The notes beneath the pieces were generated by a model, which had not been told where the DNA came from, did not search any database, and saw only the letters and a program-made list of their open reading frames with translations. Position numbers and translations under genes: made by a program. Shown one piece after another: positions 57,705-64,000 of a stretch of DNA of 64,000 bases. The stretch lies in the NCBI GenBank assembly GCA_050014195.1, contig JBEKDT010000010.1, forward strand, positions 96,001 through 160,000, written 5' to 3'. Positions within the stretch are counted from its first letter, which is position 1. Each line of letters opens with the position of its first letter. Source of the stretch: Desulfomonilia bacterium. GTDB taxonomy: Bacteria; Desulfobacterota; Desulfomonilia; UBA1062.

Positions 57705-59918
57705 TTATACCTGACGTAAGCTCTCCCCCTTGCTTCCTGTCGAAGGCGGTATAATGTCGGCAGTGCCCGGTGATTGAGCCGCCTTTACTTTATTGACCCG
57801 GCTCAAAACGAGCTCTTCGGGGTGAACAGCCTTCTCGACACGGAAGGACTTTCTCTGGATGAATTCCTCCTTCTTGCCGTTATTCCACTGGGCTACAGGT
57901 CTCAGGTAGCCCACAACGCGCGAATAAACCTCTGTGGTCTCACCACAGTCAGGACATTGCGGATGGTTGCCTGTGAGGTATCCATGGCCGGGGCATACAC
58001 TGAATGTGGGGCTGAATGTGAAGTAGGGGATTTTGTATCCGAGGCAGATCTTTTTGACGAGATGCTTGATCACCTCATGGTCATCCACACGCTCACCGGC
58101 ATAGAGGTGCAAGACGGTTCCGCCGGTATACTTGGTCTGGATCTCATCCTGGAGATCCAGTGCTTCGAATATGTCATCCGTATAGTTCACCGGGAGCTGG
58201 GAAGAGTTCGTATAGTAAGGCTCATGGCCTGCCCTGTATGCATCTTCATTGGCACAGATGATGTCAGAGTAAGCCTTCTTGTCGATCCGCGCCATCCGGT
58301 ATGACGTCCCTTCGGCAGGTGTGGCCTCGAAATTGTAATTATTGCCGGTCTTTTCCTGGAGAAGAAGCAGTTTGTGCCTTATGAAATCCGAAACCCTCAA
58401 CGCAAAGGTGCGCCCCTGATCGGTGCCGATGTCCTTACCGAAAAGGTTTATACAGGCCTCATTCATACCCAAAATGCCTATTGTTGAAAAATGATTCTTC
58501 CAGTACTCACCGAACTTTTTTTTCATCCCCGTTAAATAATACTTTGTATATGGGTAGAGGTTGCTCTCCGTAAAGCTCTCCAGGACCTTGCGCTTGATCT
58601 CCAGGCTCGTGCTGCCAATGTCTATGAGCGCCTCAAGCCTGCTCATGAACTCAGTCTCGCTCGTGCTCAAGTAGCCGAGCCTGGGCAGGTTGATGGTCAC
58701 CACGCCGATGGAGCCGGTGAGCGGGTTGGATCCGAATAAGCCGCCTCCCCTTTTCACCAGCTCCCTGTTGTCGATCCTAAGCCTGCAGCACATGCTCCTG
58801 GCATCGCCAGGGTCCATGTCCGAGTTGATAAAATTGGAGAAATAGGGAACCCCGTATTTCGCAGTCATCTCCCACAGACCGGTCAGGTTTGTGTTGTCCC
58901 AGTCGAAATTGGATGTGATGTTATAGGTGGGTATGGGGAACGTGAACACCCTTCCCTTTGCATCACCTGCGGCCATAACCTCTACGAAGGCCCTGTTGAA
59001 CATGTCCATCTCTTGTTGAAACTCACTGTAGGTAGCCTCCTGGGTCTTTCCTCCGATGACCACACCCTGGTCTTTATAGTGTGCCGGCACATCGAGATCC
59101 AGAGTAACATTGGTGAACGGTGTCTGGAAACCTACCCTGGTGGGCACATTGATATTGAATATGAATTCCTGCAGGGCCTGTTTCACCTGGAGATAATCGA
59201 GGCTGTCATAGCGTATGAAGGGAGCCAGCAGGGTGTCAAAGTTGGAGAAGGCCTGCGCGCCGGCTGCTTCACCCTGGAGGGTGTAGAAGAAATTCACGAT
59301 CTGCCCGAGAGCGGTGCGAAAATGCTTGGCCGGCTTGCTCTCAACCTTGCCGGCTGCGCCTTTGAACCCCTGGAGAAGAAGATCGTAGAGGTCCCAGCCC
59401 ACGCAATAGACCGAGATTATATTAAGGTCGTGTATGTGAAAGTCGCCGCCTGAATGTGCATTCCTCACCTCCGGCGGATAGATCTTATTGAGCCAGTAGA
59501 GCTTGCTGATCTCGGATGAGAGGTAGTTGTTGAGGCCCTGGAGAGAGAAGGCCATGTTGCTGTTTTCATTTACCTGCCAGTCGAGCTTATCCAGGTACTG
59601 GTCTATGAGATCGACCCCCATGCCCGCCTTTATCTCGCGTATTTTGGCATGCTGATCCCGGTAGATGATATATGCCTTGGCCGTTTTCCTGTGCATAGAC
59701 TGGAGGAGCACCTCCTCCACGATGTCCTGGATTGCCTCCACTGTGGGTATGTCTTTCACGGTCTGTTCAGAAATGGAGAGGACCTTGATCATCAGTTTAT
59801 GGGCCATGCCCTCATCGAATTCTTCGGTGGCCCTGCCTGCCTTGGCAATGGCCGATGTTATCTTGGAAGCATCAAAAGAAACTATCCTGCCGTCTCTTTT
59901 CCTGATGGTGGTGAACAT
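57705..59918 (-). CDS. nrdD: Class III anaerobic ribonucleoside-triphosphate reductase with ATP cone
   Basis: ATP cone 'IRKRDGR', 'SMCCRL', 'EATPAEG', CxxH/CxxC, glycyl-radical loop 'YSRVVGYLRP'. Confidence 0.96.
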   Translation of the reverse strand: MFTTIRKRDGRIVSFDASKITSAIAKAGRATEEFDEGMAHKLMIKVLSISEQTVKDIPTVEAIQDIVEEVLLQSMHRKTAKAYIIYRDQHAKIREIKAGMGVDLIDQYLDKLDWQVNENSNMAFSLQGLNNYLSSEISKLYWLNKIYPPEVRNAHSGGDFHIHDLNIISVYCVGWDLYDLLLQGFKGAAGKVESKPAKHFRTALGQIVNFFYTLQGEAAGAQAFSNFDTLLAPFIRYDSLDYLQVKQALQEFIFNINVPTRVGFQTPFTNVTLDLDVPAHYKDQGVVIGGKTQEATYSEFQQEMDMFNRAFVEVMAAGDAKGRVFTFPIPTYNITSNFDWDNTNLTGLWEMTAKYGVPYFSNFINSDMDPGDARSMCCRLRIDNRELVKRGGGLFGSNPLTGSIGVVTINLPRLGYLSTSETEFMSRLEALIDIGSTSLEIKRKVLESFTESNLYPYTKYYLTGMKKKFGEYWKNHFSTIGILGMNEACINLFGKDIGTDQGRTFALRVSDFIRHKLLLLQEKTGNNYNFEATPAEGTSYRMARIDKKAYSDIICANEDAYRAGHEPYYTNSSQLPVNYTDDIFEALDLQDEIQTKYTGGTVLHLYAGERVDDHEVIKHLVKKICLGYKIPYFTFSPTFSVCPGHGYLTGNHPQCPDCGETTEVYSRVVGYLRPVAQWNNGKKEEFIQRKSFRVEKAVHPEELVLSRVNKVKAAQSPGTADIIPPSTGSKGESLRQV

Positions 59919-60064
59919 TCGACTCCTCCTCTTAGACGTAAGAACTCATAAAAGTGTTTTAGGTCAGTGACACCTGCCGTTTTAAACGATCATAAACCTG
60001 TAATACGGCCCCACCTGTACTGCTGTTGTCGATATGACTTTCATTCATGGAACGCAAATAGTAA

Positions 60065-60111
60065 ATACTATATGTAGTGTACGATGATTATCGTCATACT
60101 ATATATAGATA
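60065..60111 (-). promoter_or_regulatory. Tandem NrdR boxes
   Basis: ATACTATATGTAGTGT (60065-80) and ATACTATATATAGATA (60096-111) are 31 bp apart, upstream of nrdD. Confidence 0.88.
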
Positions 60112-60144
60112 TTAAATGGTGATTGCAAGGAGAAAAATACAAAT

Positions 60145-61953
60145 TTATTCTTTGTCTTCTTTGTACATCCCTTCGATCTCTGCAGCAAAATTTTTGCTGA
60201 CGACCTTGCGCTTAATCTTGAGGGTTGGTGTGAGTTCACCCGTTTCAATACTGAATTCCTTGGGCAGGAGCGTAAACCTGCGGATCTGTTCAACCCGGGC
60301 ATAATCCTTCATGAGGACTTTCAGCTTGTCTTCATAGAATGCCATAATCTCAGGCTTCTTTACGAGATCTTCATGAGAATTGAAGGAAATGCCCTGTTTA
60401 TTGGCATAATTACTCAGTTCCTTAAAGTTCGGAACAATCAGGGCGCTTAGATATTTCTTGCCCTCGCCGATTAGAACTGATTGTTCGATGAACAGGTCGG
60501 ATACAAGGGTGTTCTCGATATTCTGAGGTGCGATGTTCTTGGCGCCTGCGGTTATGATGATGTCTTTCTTGCGGTCCGTGATATACAGGCACCCGCGGGC
60601 ATCTATTCTTCCTATGTCGCCGGTCAGGAACCAGCCGTCTTCTGTAAAGACCGCCTTTGTGTCGTCAGGTTTGTTGTAATAGCCTTTCATGACCTGGGGT
60701 CCTTTGATGAGAATCTCGCCGTCCTGGGCGATCTTAACCTGGGTATCCGGCAGTGCGGGGCCTACAGAACCGAACTCAAACACATCAAATCGGTTAACAT
60801 TGGTAACCGGGCTCGTCTCGGTAAGCCCGTAGCCGTTGTGCACTGCTATTCCTATGCCGTTGAAGAACCGGTCGATCTCAGTTGCAAGCGGCCCTCCTCC
60901 GCTGATGAATATCCTGATGCGGTCGAGGCCCAGGACTGACCTCATTTTTTTGAATACCAACGCCTCGGCGGCATCGTACTGGATTTTTATGATAGGGGGC
61001 ATGGGCTTGTGTTGCACAATGTAGTCCACAGCCCTATCGGAGACGGATACTGCCCATTCGAAGAGCTTTTTTTTCAGAGGCGGAGCCTTGGCGGTCTGAG
61101 TCTTTATGCCTGAATGGAGCTTTTCAAATAGCCGCGGCACGCTCACCACCAGGGTGGGTCTGATCTCCTGCATGTTCTCGAGTACGTTTGCAAAACTCTC
61201 TGCCAGGTTTATCACCGACCCGATGTGGATCATGAGGTAGAGGGATATAGTCCTGCCAAGAGAATGACTCCAGGGAAGCAGCGCCAATGATTCATCTTGG
61301 TGACTTATTATGGGATGCGAGGCATAAGCCTGCAGGACATTGGCCACAAAATTGCTGTGGGTGAGCATGACCCCTTTGGGTTGACCGGTCGTTCCGGATG
61401 TGTAGATGAGGGTGGCAAGATCATCCGGCTTGATGGCGCTCATGCGCTCTTCGAACACGGATTTATCCTTAGTGGCATCACCGCGGCGCATAAGTTCATC
61501 GAAGCTGATGATAGAATCGTCATCCATATCAATCGGATCGAAGGTCACAATGTATTCAAGCGGCATGATCCTATTTTTCATGGACAGGATCCTGTTCAGG
61601 TGATCTTTGTCTGAAACAAAGACTACCTTGGTGTTTGAATCATTGATGATATAGGCGGTCTCGGCACCGGAGTTGGTGGCATAGATGGGGGCATCCGAGG
61701 CCCCGATGGACAGTACGGCAAGGTCCGAAACCATCCACTGCCAGCAGTTCTCGGAAAAGATGCCGACCATGTCATTGGAGTTCACCCCCAGAGAGATAAG
61801 GCCCAGGCCCACCTTGGTAACCATGTTCTGCATCTCTCTCCAGCTGATGGGTGCATATCTACCCTCTTTCTTGAATCTCACACACGGCTCATACTGGTAC
61901 TGCTCAGCCCTGTTGTGGAAAATACCGGCGATGTTTTTTTCAGAAAACCTCAT
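60145..61953 (-). CDS. Long-chain fatty acid--CoA ligase
   Basis: 'YTSGTTGQPKG', 'GYGLTE', 'TGDIG', 'TDRKKD', 'ELTPTLK'. Confidence 0.93.
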   Translation of the reverse strand: MRFSEKNIAGIFHNRAEQYQYEPCVRFKKEGRYAPISWREMQNMVTKVGLGLISLGVNSNDMVGIFSENCWQWMVSDLAVLSIGASDAPIYATNSGAETAYIINDSNTKVVFVSDKDHLNRILSMKNRIMPLEYIVTFDPIDMDDDSIISFDELMRRGDATKDKSVFEERMSAIKPDDLATLIYTSGTTGQPKGVMLTHSNFVANVLQAYASHPIISHQDESLALLPWSHSLGRTISLYLMIHIGSVINLAESFANVLENMQEIRPTLVVSVPRLFEKLHSGIKTQTAKAPPLKKKLFEWAVSVSDRAVDYIVQHKPMPPIIKIQYDAAEALVFKKMRSVLGLDRIRIFISGGGPLATEIDRFFNGIGIAVHNGYGLTETSPVTNVNRFDVFEFGSVGPALPDTQVKIAQDGEILIKGPQVMKGYYNKPDDTKAVFTEDGWFLTGDIGRIDARGCLYITDRKKDIIITAGAKNIAPQNIENTLVSDLFIEQSVLIGEGKKYLSALIVPNFKELSNYANKQGISFNSHEDLVKKPEIMAFYEDKLKVLMKDYARVEQIRRFTLLPKEFSIETGELTPTLKIKRKVVSKNFAAEIEGMYKEDKE

Positions 61954-62325
61954 AGTAATCCTCCTTGCGTTTTCTTATGATGCACATGATTTCTCTTGAT
62001 GCCTGATCCGATGGCTTGTCTTGAAGAAAGCCCTGTTCCTCTTACTCATAAATACGAAGAATGCTTATGCAAAGGCTGTGTGTTTGTGAGGGTATGTTCG
62101 CTGAAGCACACATATCCCGCTGTTCGTAATTACCCTTTAGATTGTTATCCATGCCCCTCGTGCATCCCATGATCAAAATACGGACTTTCTATATATCATT
62201 TTCCAGGGATCAACAATCACTTTCACCTTGTATAAAGACCTAATCAAGCATATGCAAAACACCCGCACATCCAATGAGGGAGAATAGTTGCGATAGATTG
62301 AGAAATTCACTATACTGAAAAAGTG

Positions 62326-63192
62326 ATGTTTAATGCACTGAGCATAGATCTTGAGGAGTATTTTCAAATTCATGTACTTACCGGTTTAATACACCCGGAT
62401 ACCTGGACCGACCAGCCTTCTTCCATAGAAGAGAACACGATAAGACTCCTTAATCTTCTTGACGAGCACAACATCAAGGCAACCTTTTTTTGCCTAGGAT
62501 GGATTGCCGAGCACCATCAAGGGCTCATCAGGTGTATTCATGACAAAGGCCATGAAATAGCCTGCCACGGGTATGCCCACCAGGTCATCTACCAGCAGGA
62601 CCAAACCTGCTTCTCTCATGACGTATCAAAGGCCAAGGATATACTGGAGAATGCGATTGGGGAGAGAGTTATCGGGTACCGCGCTCCCACCTACTCTATC
62701 ATTAACCAGACCATGTGGGCGCTTAATACCCTCGAAGAAATGGGTTTCCTTTATGATTCGAGCATCTTTCCCATATACCATGATAACTATGGAATCCCTG
62801 ATGCCCCTCGTTTCCCTTATAAAATACCAGACAGCTCCCTTGTAGAGTTCCCCATCTCAACCTTAAAGATCGGCCCCTTCAATCTCCCTATCTCAGGGGG
62901 AGGGTATTTCAGGCTTTTGCCCTATCAACTTGTCAAGATAGGGCTCAAGTCCTTCATGTCGAGCAAGAGGCCTTTTGTATTTTATATCCATCCATGGGAA
63001 TTGAACCCAAGTACTCCAAGGGTGCCGGGTATGAACGCACTGTCCCGCTTTCGGACATATACCGGTATTGGTAGCGCCTTTCATAAATTCTCAACTCTTC
63101 TTAGAGATTTTCCTTTCAAGCCGGTCCGCAGTGTCTTGATGGATATGGGCCTGCTTCCAAAAAGACCGTCTTCAGTGACCAACGATCAGTGA
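62326..63192 (+). CDS. Polysaccharide deacetylase (XrtA/PEP-CTERM-associated type)
   Basis: 'SIDLEEYF', 'ATFFCLGW', 'HEIACHG', 'GYRAP', 'GGGYFRL', 'YIHPWE'. Confidence 0.9.
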   Translation: MFNALSIDLEEYFQIHVLTGLIHPDTWTDQPSSIEENTIRLLNLLDEHNIKATFFCLGWIAEHHQGLIRCIHDKGHEIACHGYAHQVIYQQDQTCFSHDVSKAKDILENAIGERVIGYRAPTYSIINQTMWALNTLEEMGFLYDSSIFPIYHDNYGIPDAPRFPYKIPDSSLVEFPISTLKIGPFNLPISGGGYFRLLPYQLVKIGLKSFMSSKRPFVFYIHPWELNPSTPRVPGMNALSRFRTYTGIGSAFHKFSTLLRDFPFKPVRSVLMDMGLLPKRPSSVTNDQ

Positions 63193-63233
63193 TCAGTCCA
63201 CCCTTCAATCGCTTTCTGATCATTGTTCACTGA

Positions 63234-64000
63234 TCACTCGTCACTCTCAAGTGCCTTTCTGGCTTCCTCTTTTGTCTCGTAGATATGAGGGGCCAGCTTG
63301 CGCTTTTTGAGGGCATCCCCTAGTTTCATCCGTAAGAAGGTGTTAGTGGTGTAACGTGTTACTCCCGAATAAAATTTCTTCACCACTTTGTTTACCATGG
63401 CGGTGTATTCGTCAACAAGGTCGGGAAGAATGTCGAAGTTGTCATAATTTACGATGGTGTATACCTTCTTATCAAGCGGTGAACATATTCTGGTGACCAT
63501 ATCTTCAATGGCCTTGATGTCCTTGCTGCTCTTGATCTTGTGTCCCTCAAAATTGACAAAGAAGAGGTTCTCCTCGGGGTCGTAGGTGAGTCTTTCCTCC
63601 AGGCTGAGCTCGGTAATATAATCCCTCAAGCCCATGGGTCCGGTTCGGAAGATCTTTTCATCCATCACTCGGGGCTTTTTCGATATGACAGGGACAAAAC
63701 CCATGTGTTTGACGATGTCTTGTTCAATATCGATACCTGGTGCCACTTCAGTGAGCTCCATGCCTTTTTTAGTCAGTGTAAAAACACAACGCTCCGTAAT
63801 ATAGTAGACAGGTGTGCCTTTCATGATGGCGTAACGGCCGCTGAAGGTCACCTGCTCGACAGCATCCAGAAACTTTATCTCGGCTCCTTCCTGGTCGATG
63901 AAGAGTTTGCCGTCTTTGACGGATACCTTGAGGCCTCCTGCCGTAAAAGTTCCAACAAAGACAACTTTTCTTGCATTCTGGCTGATGTTGATGAACCCAC
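63234..64000 (-). CDS. Acyl-CoA:acetate/propionate CoA-transferase (YdiF-like), 3' part only
   Basis: 'GFINISQNA', 'VEQVTFSG', 'YITERCVF', 'EVAPGID', plus a C-terminal extension. Open to the right edge. Confidence 0.88.
   Translation of the reverse strand, partial: GFINISQNARKVVFVGTFTAGGLKVSVKDGKLFIDQEGAEIKFLDAVEQVTFSGRYAIMKGTPVYYITERCVFTLTKKGMELTEVAPGIDIEQDIVKHMGFVPVISKKPRVMDEKIFRTGPMGLRDYITELSLEERLTYDPEENLFFVNFEGHKIKSSKDIKAIEDMVTRICSPLDKKVYTIVNYDNFDILPDLVDEYTAMVNKVVKKFYSGVTRYTTNTFLRMKLGDALKKRKLAPHIYETKEEARKALESDE

Overview
This window looks like chromosomal DNA from an anaerobic, Deltaproteobacteria/Desulfobacterota-like bacterium; the taxonomy is inferred from gene content only. The right two-thirds (~20-64 kb) is mostly housekeeping: an aro/efp/accB operon, a B12-riboswitch-controlled TonB receptor, attenuator-controlled DAHP synthase, ppdK/tmk, lptFG, nrdD/nrdG with NrdR boxes, and sensor kinases. 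The left third is accessory DNA downstream of a tRNA-Val(CAC), and degenerate copies of the tRNA 3' end at ~18.1 kb and ~9.3 kb mark stacked, integrase-less islands. The strongest candidate for an undescribed system is an AT-rich module at 9.6-13.1 kb. It holds a G2L4-like YIDD reverse transcriptase with a compact, highly base-paired ~165-nt leader RNA. Its promoter carries two NrdR-like boxes 31 bp apart, matching the boxes upstream of this genome's own nrdD, and a KAP P-loop NTPase with a PilZ-like tail follows downstream. Other highlights are a small candidate selenoprotein (in-frame UGA plus SECIS-like hairpin), a RuBisCO-like protein/aminotransferase/FGGY-kinase catabolic regulon with shared AraC-type operators, a one-gene HMG-CoA reductase islet, and a Phe/Tyr/Trp-rich leader-peptide attenuator. 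Family assignments come from motif recognition and recalled sequences, not from database searches.
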